A stretch of DNA of 64,000 nt, from the NCBI GenBank assembly GCA_037925075.1, contig JAXSNR010000002.1:224001-288000 (forward strand), in the 5' to 3' direction. The stretch is from Aquificaceae bacterium (lineage in GTDB: Bacteria > Aquificota > Aquificia > Aquificales > Aquificaceae). The notes beneath the pieces were generated by a model. It saw nothing but the letters and a program-made list of their open reading frames with translations, did no database searches and was not told the origin of the DNA. Positions 37,119 to 47,334 of this stretch are shown here, piece by piece. Made by a program: the position numbers and the translations under genes. Every line of letters begins with the position of its first letter. Position 1 is the stretch's first letter.

Positions 37119-38410
37119 CTTACTTTCCTCCTGTATTTTGTATACTTTTGCTGTAGAAGCTGGGCTTCAAGCTTGTTTATGGTATCAAGAGCGACACCCA
37201 CCACTATGAGGGCGGTTGTTCCTCCAAAGTAGAAGGGGACCTTTAGCCAAAGGCTCACAAAGATGGGCACCACCGCCACCACGCTAAGGAAGATGGCCCC
37301 TACAAGGGCAAGCCTGTTTACGATGTACTCAAGGTACTTTTGCGTGTCCTGACCGGGTCTTATACCTGGGATGAAAGCTCCACCCTTCTTGAGGTTATCC
37401 GCCACATCCACGGGGTTTATGAGCACCGCGGTGTAAAAATAGGTGAAGAAGATTATGAAGGCTATGTAGAGTATGTTGTAGGGAAGGGTGGTGGGGTTAA
37501 AGGCATCGTGCAAAGCCCTCGCTATAGGATGTTGTATAAAACCCAAGACCGTTGAGGGTATTATAAGAAGGGACTGGGCAAAGATGATGGGTATAACGCC
37601 CGCAGGGTTTATCTTTATGGGAAGATAGCTGGAAGAGCCCATAACTTCTTGCCTTCCTATCTGTCTTCTAGGATACTGCACGGGTATTCTTCTTTCCGCC
37701 TCCTGTATGAACACAATACCCACCACCACCGCCAGAACGAAAAGTATGGCACCTACAAAGGCAAAGGGTGATATGTCCCCGTTCCTGAGCATGTCCCATA
37801 CCCTTATACCTGCACTGGGAAAACCTGCCACTATACCTGCAAATATAAGAAGGGACATACCGTTGCCTATGCCCTTTTCTGTGATCCTGTCCCCCACCCA
37901 CATAAGAAACATGGTGGATGAGACAAGGGCTATTATGGTGGTTATGGAAAAGAGTATTCCCGCATCCGGTACTATGGGAGTGCCTTTTGGTGATACCTGA
38001 CCCTGAAGCCATGTGGCTATACCTACAGACTGTACAAAGGACACAAAAAGGGTTAGGTATCTGGTGTATTGGTTTATCTTATACCTTCCGTAGTCCCCTT
38101 CTTCCTTTGCGAGCCTTTGGAGCTCTGGCACTGCCACCGTGAGAAGTTGCATCATTATGGAAGCGGAAATATAGGGCATGACCCCCAGAGCAAAAAGGGT
38201 CATTCTGCTCAGATTTCCACCGGAAAAGATATCGTAAAGATAAAAGAGGGTTCCCTCAAAGCTTTTGAAAAACTCCTGAAGTGCTGTGGTGTCTATACCG
38301 GGAAGCGGTATATGGCTACCAAGTCTGTATATGGCTAACATAACCAGGGTGTAAAAAAGCCTCTTTTTAAAATCCTCAAGGGAGAGAAGCTGTTTTATAT
38401 ACTCTACCAC
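37115..38410 (-). CDS. secY: Preprotein translocase subunit SecY
   Basis: [28 protein letters not shown]. Confidence 0.98.
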   Translation of the reverse strand: MVEYIKQLLSLEDFKKRLFYTLVMLAIYRLGSHIPLPGIDTTALQEFFKSFEGTLFYLYDIFSGGNLSRMTLFALGVMPYISASIMMQLLTVAVPELQRLAKEEGDYGRYKINQYTRYLTLFVSFVQSVGIATWLQGQVSPKGTPIVPDAGILFSITTIIALVSSTMFLMWVGDRITEKGIGNGMSLLIFAGIVAGFPSAGIRVWDMLRNGDISPFAFVGAILFVLAVVVGIVFIQEAERRIPVQYPRRQIGRQEVMGSSSYLPIKINPAGVIPIIFAQSLLIIPSTVLGFIQHPIARALHDAFNPTTLPYNILYIAFIIFFTYFYTAVLINPVDVADNLKKGGAFIPGIRPGQDTQKYLEYIVNRLALVGAIFLSVVAVVPIFVSLWLKVPFYFGGTTALIVVGVALDTINKLEAQLLQQKYTKYRRKVR

Positions 38411-38853
38411 TTTAACTCCTCACAGCTTCCACCGAGGGCTTGTATCTTCTGCCTTGCGGACTGAGAAAAGGCATGGGCTTTTACTATTAGGGGTTTGGTA
38501 AGCTCTCCATCTCCCAGGACCTTAACTGGCATACCCTTTCTTACAAGACCCTTTTGTAAAAGCACTTCCGGGCTTACCTCTTGACCTGCATCAAAGTATC
38601 TTTCAAGGGTTTTGAGGTTCACAACCGCATATTCGGTCCTGTTTATGGGCCTGAAGCCCCTCTTTGGTACCCTTTTGTGAAGGGGTGTCTGTCCGCCCTC
38701 AAACCATGAAGGAAGCCTCCTGTCTCCAGACCTTGTCTTTTGTCCCTTATGACCCTTTCCGCAGGTTTTACCAAGCCCAGAGCCTATACCTCTTCCTACC
38801 CTTCTCTTTTCCTTTACCGCCCCTTCATTGGGTGCAAGCTCATGCAACTTCAT
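38404..38853 (-). CDS. rplO: 50S ribosomal protein L15
   Basis: [17 protein letters not shown]. Confidence 0.98.
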   Translation of the reverse strand: MKLHELAPNEGAVKEKRRVGRGIGSGLGKTCGKGHKGQKTRSGDRRLPSWFEGGQTPLHKRVPKRGFRPINRTEYAVVNLKTLERYFDAGQEVSPEVLLQKGLVRKGMPVKVLGDGELTKPLIVKAHAFSQSARQKIQALGGSCEELKW

Positions 38854-39035
38854 CCTTTGACCTCCTCTACATGAAGAAGGTAAGACGCCTTGCGTATGTT
38901 TCCCCTTACCATAGGGTTGTCCTCAAGCAAGACTTCTTGGCCTACTTTCCTAAGCCCAAGGCTTCTTACTGCCTTTATCTGAGCTTCAGGTTTTCCTGCT
39001 AAACCTCTAACAAGTTTTACCCTGAGCCTTGCCAT
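38850..39035 (-). CDS. rpmD: 50S ribosomal protein L30
   Basis: LGLRK motif; spc operon position. Confidence 0.95.
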   Translation of the reverse strand: MARLRVKLVRGLAGKPEAQIKAVRSLGLRKVGQEVLLEDNPMVRGNIRKASYLLHVEEVKG

Positions 39036-39046
39036 GGGGTTCCTCC

Positions 39047-39634
39047 TTATGGTATGCGTAGGTCTCTTGCGTATATGTGGTATCTTTCCCTTAGAAGATC
39101 TGGGTCTATACCCCTTTCCCTTGCCACCTCTTCTATAGACCTAAGCTTAAGAAGGGCGTCAAAGACCGCCCTTACCACATTGTTGGGGTTTGTGCTTCCC
39201 TGAAGCTTGGTGAGCACGTCCGTGTAGCCAGCCAGTTCAAAGATGGGCTTGGCGGCACCACCCGCCACGATACCTGTACCTCTCCTTGCGGGTATAACCT
39301 TTATCATGGTTGGGCCGTAGTGACCTACCACATCGTGAGGCACTGTCCCGTTCTCTATGGGCACCCTTATAAGGTGTTTCTTCCCGTCCTCTATGGCTTT
39401 TGCGATGGCTATGGGGACTTCCCTCGCCTTTCCAAGTCCAAAGCCCACAAAACCCCTTTTATCACCCACTATAACCAGGGCACTGAAGGAAAACCTTTTC
39501 CCACCCTTTGTTACCCTTGTGGTTCTTTTGGCGTATATGAGCCTTTCTTCTATCTGCAGCTGGTCTTCAAGTTCAGCTACCTTTTGGATTCTCCTTTTGG
39601 CGTCAATAGACCTTTCAATTGATATTCCACCCAT
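39047..39634 (-). CDS. rpsE: 30S ribosomal protein S5
   Basis: RVTKGGKRFSFSAL. Confidence 0.98.
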   Translation of the reverse strand: MGGISIERSIDAKRRIQKVAELEDQLQIEERLIYAKRTTRVTKGGKRFSFSALVIVGDKRGFVGFGLGKAREVPIAIAKAIEDGKKHLIRVPIENGTVPHDVVGHYGPTMIKVIPARRGTGIVAGGAAKPIFELAGYTDVLTKLQGSTNPNNVVRAVFDALLKLRSIEEVARERGIDPDLLRERYHIYARDLRIP

Positions 39635-39645
39635 CTTTACCTCCT

Positions 39646-40023
39646 TTAAAATTCAAGCCCAAGCTCTCTGCATCTATCCGCAAAAGCTTTTATCTTTCCA
39701 TGATAGAGAAAGCCACCCCTATCAAAAACCACCTTCTTTATACCCTTTTCTGTAGCTCTCTTAACAAGGAGCTCCGCAACCTTTTGCACATCCTCTATGG
39801 ACTTTCCACCCCTTTTGCCTGCCATCTGGACAAACTCAGGGTCTATGGAAGAGGCGGACACCAATGTCCTTGATTGACCTCCAGAGTCATCCACTATCTG
39901 GGCGTAAAAGGCATTGACGCTTCTGTATACACTTAGCCTTGGTCTTTCTGGAGTTCCCGCAATTTTCTTTCTTATCCTCTTGTGCCTTCTTTCTCTTTTT
40001 TCATGCCTGCTAAGCTTTGCCAT
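39646..40023 (-). CDS. rplR: 50S ribosomal protein L18
   Basis: [16 protein letters not shown]. Confidence 0.98.
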   Translation of the reverse strand: MAKLSRHEKRERRHKRIRKKIAGTPERPRLSVYRSVNAFYAQIVDDSGGQSRTLVSASSIDPEFVQMAGKRGGKSIEDVQKVAELLVKRATEKGIKKVVFDRGGFLYHGKIKAFADRCRELGLEF

Positions 40024-40034
40024 GCCTGACCTCC

Positions 40035-40589
40035 TTACTTCTTACCACCCTTACCCTTTCCTGCGGCTTTTCCGGCCTTTAGCCTGAGCACTTCACCCTC
40101 GTACCTTATACCCTTGCCCTTGTAGACGTTGGGCTTTCTAAAAGCTCTTATCTGGGCACAAACTTGACCCACCCTATCCTTATCTATGCCGCTTACGTAT
40201 ATTTTGTTTTCTTTTACTTCTATCTTCACATCCGGAGGTATGGGATAAACCACAGGATGGGAGAGTCCAAGGCTAAGCTCTAAGTTGCTGCCCTTGACAG
40301 CGGCCCTATAACCAAGCCCTACCACTTCAAGCACCTTGGTAAAGCCCTCGGTGACTCCCTTTATCATATTCCTTATAAGAGCGGCGGTTGTTCCGTGCAT
40401 GGCCCTGTGAAAGGGTTGGTCCGTGGGCCTTTCTACCCTTATGGTGTTTCCATCAAGAATTACCTTTATATCTGGGTGCACTCTCATGGAAAGCTTGCCC
40501 TTCGGACCTTCCACCTTAAGCTCGCCCTCTTGAAGGCTTACCTTAACGCCTTGAGGAATTTCAATGGGTTTTTTGCCTATCCTTGACAT
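40035..40589 (-). CDS. rplF: 50S ribosomal protein L6
   Basis: [17 protein letters not shown]. Confidence 0.98.
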   Translation of the reverse strand: MSRIGKKPIEIPQGVKVSLQEGELKVEGPKGKLSMRVHPDIKVILDGNTIRVERPTDQPFHRAMHGTTAALIRNMIKGVTEGFTKVLEVVGLGYRAAVKGSNLELSLGLSHPVVYPIPPDVKIEVKENKIYVSGIDKDRVGQVCAQIRAFRKPNVYKGKGIRYEGEVLRLKAGKAAGKGKGGKK

Positions 40590-40598
40590 GTTCGCACC

Positions 40599-41003
40599 TC
40601 ACCACACATAGGCTAATAACTCTCCACCTTTGCCAAGCTTTCTTGCTTCGTGGTCTGTTATAAGACCCGAGTCGGTGGAGAGTATGGCTATACCAAAGCC
40701 CCTCTGTACGTGGGGGATCTTGTGCTTGGGAGTGTATATTCTCCTTCCGGGTTTGGAAACCTTTTCAAGCTCAGATATGGCGTTCCTTTCCTTTTTGGGG
40801 TCAAGGTATTTCAGGTGAATCCTTAGCATGTACTGGGTACCCTTCTTGCCCTCTTCAAGCCTTTCCCAACCTTTTATGTAGCCCTCCTTCTTGAGAAGCT
40901 CTAATATGGATTCCTTTAACCTTGAGGAGGGCACATCCACGTAGTCCATCCTTCTCCTTATTGCGTTCTTTATTGCAGAGAACATATCCGCGACTGGGTC
41001 CAT
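40599..41003 (-). CDS. rpsH: 30S ribosomal protein S8
   Basis: DPVADM, SKPGRRIY, GGELL. Confidence 0.98.
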   Translation of the reverse strand: MDPVADMFSAIKNAIRRRMDYVDVPSSRLKESILELLKKEGYIKGWERLEEGKKGTQYMLRIHLKYLDPKKERNAISELEKVSKPGRRIYTPKHKIPHVQRGFGIAILSTDSGLITDHEARKLGKGGELLAYVW

Positions 41004-41014
41004 CTTTTACCTCC

Positions 41015-41203
41015 TTACCAGCTGGACTTTTTGATACCGGGAAGTTCGCCCTTTAGGGCAAGCTCCCTAAAGCAAAGCCTACACATACCAAATTGCCTTA
41101 AAAATCCTCTTGGCCTACCACACAGAGGGCATCTGTTTTTCTGCCGGACTGTATACTTTGGAAAATGCTTAACATCCTTTGCCACTTTTGCCTTTCTTGC
41201 CAT
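41015..41203 (-). CDS. rpsN: 30S ribosomal protein S14 (zinc type)
   Basis: RCPLCGRPR...CRLCFR. Confidence 0.97.
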   Translation of the reverse strand: MARKAKVAKDVKHFPKYTVRQKNRCPLCGRPRGFLRQFGMCRLCFRELALKGELPGIKKSSW

Positions 41204-41204
41204 A

Positions 41205-41774
41205 TTAACCTCCTACACTCCTTATGGGAAGCCCCAGCAAGGAAAGAAGCCAAAAAGCTTCCTCGTCTGTTTCTGCGGTGGTATGGATTATGATGTCCAT
41301 ACCTCTTATGGCGTCCACCTTCTCATAATCTATCTCTGGAAACACTATCTGCTCCCCTATGCCAAAGGCGTAGTTCCCTCTTCCGTCAAAGGACCTTGGG
41401 TTAAGACCCTTAAAGTCCTTCACCCTTGGTAGTGCCACGCATATGAGCTTGTCCAAAAAGTCCCACATCCTTTCCTTTCTCAGTGTTACCTTTAGGCCTA
41501 CGGGCATACCCTTCCTAAGCTTGAAGCCCGCCTCTGATTTCTTTGCCCTTCTAACCGCAGGTTGTTGACCTGTTATAGCCCTGAGGTCTTCCATTGCCCT
41601 TTCAAGCTGCTTTATGTCTCCTACCGCCTCACCCACACCCATATTGACCACCACCTTGACTATCTTAGGCACTTCCATTGGGTTCTTGTAGCCGAAGCGG
41701 TTTATAAGCTTGGGAATTACCTCTTCCTTGTACTTGTTGTAAAGCCTTGGTACATACTTGGTTTCCACACTCAT
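41205..41774 (-). CDS. rplE: 50S ribosomal protein L5
   Basis: [16 protein letters not shown]. Confidence 0.98.
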   Translation of the reverse strand: MSVETKYVPRLYNKYKEEVIPKLINRFGYKNPMEVPKIVKVVVNMGVGEAVGDIKQLERAMEDLRAITGQQPAVRRAKKSEAGFKLRKGMPVGLKVTLRKERMWDFLDKLICVALPRVKDFKGLNPRSFDGRGNYAFGIGEQIVFPEIDYEKVDAIRGMDIIIHTTAETDEEAFWLLSLLGLPIRSVGG

Positions 41775-42127
41775 GCCTTAACCCCCACTTTTTCTCTTAT
41801 AAGGTCAATGTTTTCGTTGCACTTTTTGCAGTATCTGTATTTCCTCAGCGTATCCCCTTCCACAAGGGTCCTTATGCCCACCCTCGTTGGCTTTTCACAC
41901 TTGGGACATATGAGCATCACATTGCTAAGGTGAATGGGGGCTTCCACTTGGTATATGCCACCTTCTCTTACATTGGGTACCTCTTTTATGTGTTTTTTTA
42001 CGAGGTTTACATCTTTCACTATCACCCTGTTCTCTTCCCTAATAACTTTTATGACTTCTCCAGTTTTCCCTTTCTCTTTTCCTCTCAGAACAACAACCGT
42101 ATCACCCTTTTTTATTCTCTGAGCCAT
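41771..42127 (-). CDS. rplX: 50S ribosomal protein L24
   Basis: KKGDTV KOW motif, EAPIHLSNV. Confidence 0.97.
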   Translation of the reverse strand: MAQRIKKGDTVVVLRGKEKGKTGEVIKVIREENRVIVKDVNLVKKHIKEVPNVREGGIYQVEAPIHLSNVMLICPKCEKPTRVGIRTLVEGDTLRKYRYCKKCNENIDLIREKVGVKA

Positions 42128-42492
42128 CAGACCACCTCCGGAGCGAGAGATGCCAACTTAGTAAAGCCCCTGTTTCTAACCTCTCTGGCTATGGGACCAA
42201 GTATACGCGTGCCCAGAGGTTCTCCATACTGATTGAGAAGAACCACCGCATTGTCATCAAACTTTATGTAGCTACCATCGGGACGCCTTACCTCTTTTTT
42301 TGTCCTCACAACCACAGCTCTGTAAACCTTACCTTTTTTTGCCGGGCTGTTGGGCGCCGCCACCTTGACGGTAACCGTGACCACATCACCTGCGGTAGCG
42401 TAGTCTCTTGGGGCATATGGTATGCCTATTATCTGAACCTTTTTGGCTCCCGAGTTGTCCGCAACATTTGCATAACTCTGCCTTTGTATCAT
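42127..42492 (-). CDS. rplN: 50S ribosomal protein L14
   Basis: [21 protein letters not shown]. Confidence 0.98.
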   Translation of the reverse strand: MIQRQSYANVADNSGAKKVQIIGIPYAPRDYATAGDVVTVTVKVAAPNSPAKKGKVYRAVVVRTKKEVRRPDGSYIKFDDNAVVLLNQYGEPLGTRILGPIAREVRNRGFTKLASLAPEVV

Positions 42493-42512
42493 GGCTTTCT
42501 CACCTCTATAAC

Positions 42513-42530
42513 AAGCTAAAAATTATACCA
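42513..42530 (-). promoter_or_regulatory. Extended -10 promoter of the spc operon
   Basis: TGGTATAATTTTTAGCTT on -. Confidence 0.7.
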
Positions 42531-42665
42531 CTAAGCAATACCTTTTACGGAAGCGTTTCCAATCAAGACTGTTTATTTTAATCCAATCAATAAGTCTCTG
42601 TCAAGTGGTAAAAAGGCTTACAGAGGGCATTAGAGGTTTTTATGTTGGCTTATACTTTATTCCCT

Positions 42666-43856
42666 ATGAGAGTGATCCTTTTTTCAGGTAAAGGTGGTGT
42701 TGGTAAGACTACTATCTCTGCGGCAACAGCTTATAGGCTTTCTACCCTTGGCTACAAAACCATAGTTGTATCCCTTGACCCCGCCCACAGTTTGGGGGAT
42801 GCCTTTGACATACCAGAAGAGGAAAAGACCAAAGCCAAAGGACTACCTATAAGGATATCGGAAAATCTTTACATACAGGAAATAGACATCCAAGAGGAGG
42901 TGGATAGATACTGGGGCGACGTGTACAGGTTTTTGGAGCTTCTTTTCAACACCACTGGGCTAGATCAGGTGGTTTCCGAAGAGCTTGCCATACTTCCGGG
43001 TATGGAGGAGGTAACGAGCCTTCTATATGTGAACAAATACTACAAGGAGGGAGAGTTTGACGCACTGGTGCTTGACCTACCACCCACCGGTGAGTCTTTA
43101 CGTTTTGTTTCTATGCCTACGGTCCTTAAGTGGTACATGAAGAAGATATTCAACGTGGAAAGGACCATACTTAAGATGGCAAGGCCTGTGGCAAGGAGGT
43201 TTACAGATGTTCCTCTCCCGGACGATGAATACTTCAAGGCACTTGAGAACTTTTATGAGAAATTAAAGGGTGTAGATGAGCTCCTGGTAGATCCAGACAT
43301 AACCTCCGTCAGGCTGGTGGCAAACCCCGAAAAGATGGTGCTTAAAGAAAGTCAAAGGGCCTTTATGTATTTTAACCTTTTTGGGGTGAACGTGGATGCG
43401 GTGGTGGTTAACAAGGTTTTGCCTCCCTCCGTAGAGGGCTGTGAGCATTTTTCAAGATGGGTGCTCACGCAGAGAAAATACCTTGAGGACATACGGGCAC
43501 TTTTTTATCCGGTTCCCGTCTTTGCTGTCCCACTTATGGAGGATGAGGTGGTTGGTGAGGAAAGGCTAAAGGTCCTGTCGGACCTCATATACTACGATAC
43601 TGACCCCATAAGGGTATTTCACAGAGAAAAGCCCTACGAGTTTGTGGATCAAGATGGCCAATACATGGTAAAGCTTAGGGCTCACTTTTTAACAAAGGAT
43701 GGGCTGTCGGTTCTCAAAAGCGAGGGTGAGATAATAATCAGATGGAGGAACTTCAAAAGCCACATACTACTTCCCAGAAAGCTAAGGGACTACGAGCCTG
43801 TGGGTGCCAAGATTGAAGAGGGCTACCTAAAGGTTTTTCTCTCAAGAGCCTCCTAA
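42666..43856 (+). CDS. ArsA/GET3-family ATPase with C-terminal Hsp20-like domain
   Basis: GKGGVGKTT, DPAHSL, DLPPTG; beta-rich C-terminus (ILLP..L....GAKIEEGYLKV). Confidence 0.88.
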   Translation: MRVILFSGKGGVGKTTISAATAYRLSTLGYKTIVVSLDPAHSLGDAFDIPEEEKTKAKGLPIRISENLYIQEIDIQEEVDRYWGDVYRFLELLFNTTGLDQVVSEELAILPGMEEVTSLLYVNKYYKEGEFDALVLDLPPTGESLRFVSMPTVLKWYMKKIFNVERTILKMARPVARRFTDVPLPDDEYFKALENFYEKLKGVDELLVDPDITSVRLVANPEKMVLKESQRAFMYFNLFGVNVDAVVVNKVLPPSVEGCEHFSRWVLTQRKYLEDIRALFYPVPVFAVPLMEDEVVGEERLKVLSDLIYYDTDPIRVFHREKPYEFVDQDGQYMVKLRAHFLTKDGLSVLKSEGEIIIRWRNFKSHILLPRKLRDYEPVGAKIEEGYLKVFLSRAS

Positions 43857-44519
43857 AAACTCCCTTACTTTTCTTAGGTCTTCCACAAACTCCTTTTCCG
43901 CTCCAGGATTTCTGAGTATGTAGGCTGGATGGTAGGTAAGAAGGACCTTTATTTTTCTGTCGTAAGGGTACTCAAGGAATTGACCTCTGTGTTTGGTTAT
44001 GGGTATGGACTTTCCCAATATACCCTCAAGGGCTGTAGCTCCCAGACAGACTATAAGCCTTGGGCTTATTATCTCTATCTCCTTCCTCAGGTATGGTAGG
44101 CATGTTTGCATCTCTTTGGGAGTGGGCTTTCTGTTGCCGGGAGGTCTGGATTTTACCACGTTGGTTATGTATACCTCTTCGCGCCTGAGCCCTACCTCTT
44201 GAAGTTTTTGGTTGAGATACCTGCCCGCTCTTCCCACAAAGGGCCTTTTTAGTTGGTCTTCTTCTTCGCCGGGAGCTTCACCCACAAAAACCACAGGTGA
44301 ATAGGGATTGCCTTCCCCGAAGACATAGCCGTTGGCTCCTTCATAGAGAATACACTTTTTCTCTTGGGCAAGCCTTCTGTATAGGCTATCGAGTAGGTCC
44401 CTTTTGTCTATCTGTTGCTCCTTTGGTACCTCCTCTTTTTTAGTCTCTTGGAGAAAAAGAAGGTCAAAGCCTATGTACTCCAAGGCTCTTAAGGTTGCGT
44501 CAAGCCTTTTCTTATCCAT
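43842..44519 (-). CDS. udg: Uracil-DNA glycosylase, family 4
   Basis: VGEAPG, PFVGRAG, YITNVVK.RPP.NR.P, TYHPAY. Confidence 0.92.
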   Translation of the reverse strand: MDKKRLDATLRALEYIGFDLLFLQETKKEEVPKEQQIDKRDLLDSLYRRLAQEKKCILYEGANGYVFGEGNPYSPVVFVGEAPGEEEDQLKRPFVGRAGRYLNQKLQEVGLRREEVYITNVVKSRPPGNRKPTPKEMQTCLPYLRKEIEIISPRLIVCLGATALEGILGKSIPITKHRGQFLEYPYDRKIKVLLTYHPAYILRNPGAEKEFVEDLRKVREFLGGS

Positions 44520-44533
44520 TGGAGATAATCACC

Positions 44534-44773
44534 TTACCTCTTAAAAAGGTCCTCCAACCAAGACCTCTCAAAGCATTTTGTCCCTTCTTCGTAGCTTTGG
44601 CTCTTTTCCAAACAAGCCCTTATGCCCTCAAGTCTTTTTATTCCAAGATTTTTACATACACCCCAGAAATACCTACAGTATTCCTTGTCCCTTAACGGGT
44701 TGCTTTCGCACCTTTGTCCTTCGGAAGCAAAGGCAAGATAAAGGGTAAAGAAAGGCAGAAGTACAAACCTCAT
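44534..44773 (-). CDS. Small exported Cys-rich hypothetical protein
   Basis: ATG overlaps the nuoF stop; signal-peptide-like MRFVLLPFFTLYLAFA; five Cys. Confidence 0.55.
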   Translation of the reverse strand: MRFVLLPFFTLYLAFASEGQRCESNPLRDKEYCRYFWGVCKNLGIKRLEGIRACLEKSQSYEEGTKCFERSWLEDLFKR

Positions 44774-46047
44774 ACTTCTACCTTTACTTGCCTTTTGTAC
44801 TTTTCCCAGTCTTGGGGGAACTTTTGCATGGTTTGGCGTATGAGCCTTCCTGCCACTGCTCCAAGCCCGCATATGGAGGTGGGCTGTATGTGTGAGTTTA
44901 CAAACTCAAAGCCTGCCCATTCCCTTTCATCAGCTTTATTGTGAAGTATCCTTTCAAGAAGATTTGCCTGTTCATGTGTGCCAACCCTGCAGGGTGTACA
45001 CTGCCCACAGCTTTCATGGGCATAAAACTCTGCAACCCACAGGCACGCCTGGACTATGTCATCTTCTTCCGTAAGCACTATGACGGTTCCTGTCCCGCCA
45101 AAGCCGAAGGGAGAGTAGTCCATGGGTGTGTCCAGTTCCTCTGCAGAAAAGCAATCGAGGGCTCCCGAGAAGACCGCCTTTACCTTTTTGTTCCCTATGG
45201 TACCGCCTGCGTACTTAAAGATAACCTCCCTTAGGGTGGTATTCATGGGAAGCTCATAAACCCCGGGCTTTTTAACTTTACCGCTAACTGGAAAGAGCTT
45301 TGGACCCGGGTAGTCGCTGGGTCCTATGTACCTATACTCTTCCCATCCCATGCCTACGATCAAAGGTATGTTGCACAGAGTTTCCACGTTGTTTACCACC
45401 GTTGGCCTGCCAAAGAGCCCATACTGGACAGGGAAAGGGGGCTTAATCCTTGGAAAGCCCCTTTTGCCCTCGAGGGATTCGATCAGAGCACTTTCTTCAC
45501 CGCATATGTAGGCACCTGCACCTCTTGCCACATATATCTCAAGGTCAAAGCCAGAGCCCAGTATGTTTTTTCCAAGAAAGCCCTTTTCCTTTGCGTCTTG
45601 TATGGCATCTTTGAGTATGTAGTAGCCTGCTGGGTATTCACCTCTTATGTATATAAAAGCCTCCTTTGCACCTATAGCGTAGGCGGATATTATCATGCCT
45701 TCTATCAGAAGATGTGGGTCCCTTTCTATGAGCACTCTGTCCTTGAAGGTGCCCGGCTCAGATTCGTCCGCGTTGCATATGAGGTATCTCGGAGCCGGGT
45801 TTTGCACTGCAAACTTCCACTTTCTTCCAGTGGGAAAGCCAGCACCACCTCTTCCTCTGAGCTGGCTTTTGTCCACCCAGTCTATTATTTCCTCGGGCTT
45901 CATGTTGAGGGCCTTCTCAAGTGCCTGATAGCCACCGTCTTTTAGGTATTCCTCTATGGTATGCACCCTTGGCTTTTTGGCCCTCTTTAGCAGTAGGTTT
46001 AGGGTTGTCTCCGCATATATTTCAGGTATAACGGGATAGGACCTCAT
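44770..46047 (-). CDS. nuoF: NADH-quinone oxidoreductase subunit F
   Basis: LRGRGGAGFPTG, NADESEPGTFKDR, ESCGQCTPCR. Confidence 0.95.
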   Translation of the reverse strand: MRSYPVIPEIYAETTLNLLLKRAKKPRVHTIEEYLKDGGYQALEKALNMKPEEIIDWVDKSQLRGRGGAGFPTGRKWKFAVQNPAPRYLICNADESEPGTFKDRVLIERDPHLLIEGMIISAYAIGAKEAFIYIRGEYPAGYYILKDAIQDAKEKGFLGKNILGSGFDLEIYVARGAGAYICGEESALIESLEGKRGFPRIKPPFPVQYGLFGRPTVVNNVETLCNIPLIVGMGWEEYRYIGPSDYPGPKLFPVSGKVKKPGVYELPMNTTLREVIFKYAGGTIGNKKVKAVFSGALDCFSAEELDTPMDYSPFGFGGTGTVIVLTEEDDIVQACLWVAEFYAHESCGQCTPCRVGTHEQANLLERILHNKADEREWAGFEFVNSHIQPTSICGLGAVAGRLIRQTMQKFPQDWEKYKRQVKVEV

Positions 46048-46492
46048 GTAGCTTCTCCTTTGATTCAAACTTGTAGGTGTCGTTGTCTACCATAAAACAT
46101 GGTGCCTCTGAACAGGCACCTATACATTGAACTCCTATTAGCTTGAACCTTCCATCCTTTGTAACCTCTCCCAGTGATATACCAAGAAGCTCTCTTATAG
46201 CCTTTAGCACCTTGTTGGAATTCATAAGATTACACACCACACTGACGCATACCCTGATCCTATGTCTTGCGGGCTCTCCCCTGTCAAACATATCATAAAA
46301 GGAAACCACGTTCTCCACATGGTTGAGGGGAACTTCCAAAAGTTTAGCCACTTCCTCCAAGGCAAAGTAGGGAATATGACCATAATGGTCTTGGATTTCG
46401 TGAAGACACAAAAGAACTGCCTGTTCCTTTTTTGGAAAGTAATTTGCGTGCTCTGTTAGCTTCTGGATTAGCTCTTCTGGCATAATGCTCAT
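46022..46492 (-). CDS. nuoE: NADH-quinone oxidoreductase subunit E
   Basis: VSFY, CVSVVC, CIGAC. Confidence 0.95.
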   Translation of the reverse strand: MSIMPEELIQKLTEHANYFPKKEQAVLLCLHEIQDHYGHIPYFALEEVAKLLEVPLNHVENVVSFYDMFDRGEPARHRIRVCVSVVCNLMNSNKVLKAIRELLGISLGEVTKDGRFKLIGVQCIGACSEAPCFMVDNDTYKFESKEKLHEVLSRYT

Positions 46493-47334
46493 CTGCCTTC
46501 CACCTCGTCGCTAAAAATTATCTCCGGCATGTTAGCTTTAATTATATTCCCTTCTATACCCATCTGTAGCAAAAGTCTTACCGCATGCCTACCATCTTTA
46601 CCATAATCAAGGGTTCTGTGGTTCACATACATACTTACAAACTCTTGGGTTTTGTTCATATCCTCCTTTATATCTCTTGCGTACTCTTTGGCAAAGCTAA
46701 GGGCTTCCTCCTTGTGCTTGAGGGCATACTCTATGCTTTTCTTCATCAACCTTTCCATCTTCCTTATGGTTTCCAAGCCTAAGTCCTTTCTTATAACATT
46801 ACATCCAAGGGGAAGGGGAAGACCTGTTTTTTCCATCCACCATTTACCAAGGTCTACAAAGCCTTTTAGCCCTCTGTCTTGGTAGCTTAGTTGTCCTTCG
46901 TGAATTACAAGACCTGCGTCAACCCTACCCTCCGCGACAGCATCCAGTACCTTGTCAAAAGGTATCACCACCTCCTCAAAGTCTGGTTCATAAAGCCTTA
47001 AAACAAGGTAGGCGGTGGTGAGCTTTCCTGGAACTGCAATCCTCTTACCCTTGAGGCTTTTTAGGTCTTCCCTTACCACCACCACAGGTCCGTAGCCTTC
47101 CCCCACACTTCCACCACTGGGAAGCACCAAGTATTTGTCCGCCACGTAGGGGTATGCATGGAAGGAAATGGCGGAAACCTCATAGGTGCCCTTTAGGGCT
47201 TCTCTGTTGAGGGTTTCAATATCCGCAAGCACGTGCTCTATCTGTATGCCCTCCGTGTCTACCTTGCCCGCGGTGAGGGCATAAAACATAAAGGCGTCAT
47301 CGGAATCTGGGCTATGTGCTATTCTTATTCTCAT
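46489..47334 (-). CDS. mqnD: MqnD-family menaquinone (futalosine pathway) protein
   Basis: HSPDSDDAFMFY, GYGP, IHEGQL, LPLPLG, MYVN. Confidence 0.8.
   Translation of the reverse strand: MRIRIAHSPDSDDAFMFYALTAGKVDTEGIQIEHVLADIETLNREALKGTYEVSAISFHAYPYVADKYLVLPSGGSVGEGYGPVVVVREDLKSLKGKRIAVPGKLTTAYLVLRLYEPDFEEVVIPFDKVLDAVAEGRVDAGLVIHEGQLSYQDRGLKGFVDLGKWWMEKTGLPLPLGCNVIRKDLGLETIRKMERLMKKSIEYALKHKEEALSFAKEYARDIKEDMNKTQEFVSMYVNHRTLDYGKDGRHAVRLLLQMGIEGNIIKANMPEIIFSDEVEGR

Noticed and set aside
42549..42560. GGAAGCGTTTCC, a LacI/cre-like palindrome upstream of rplN
   Set aside because: Short, imperfect, single copy, and no cognate regulator in view.
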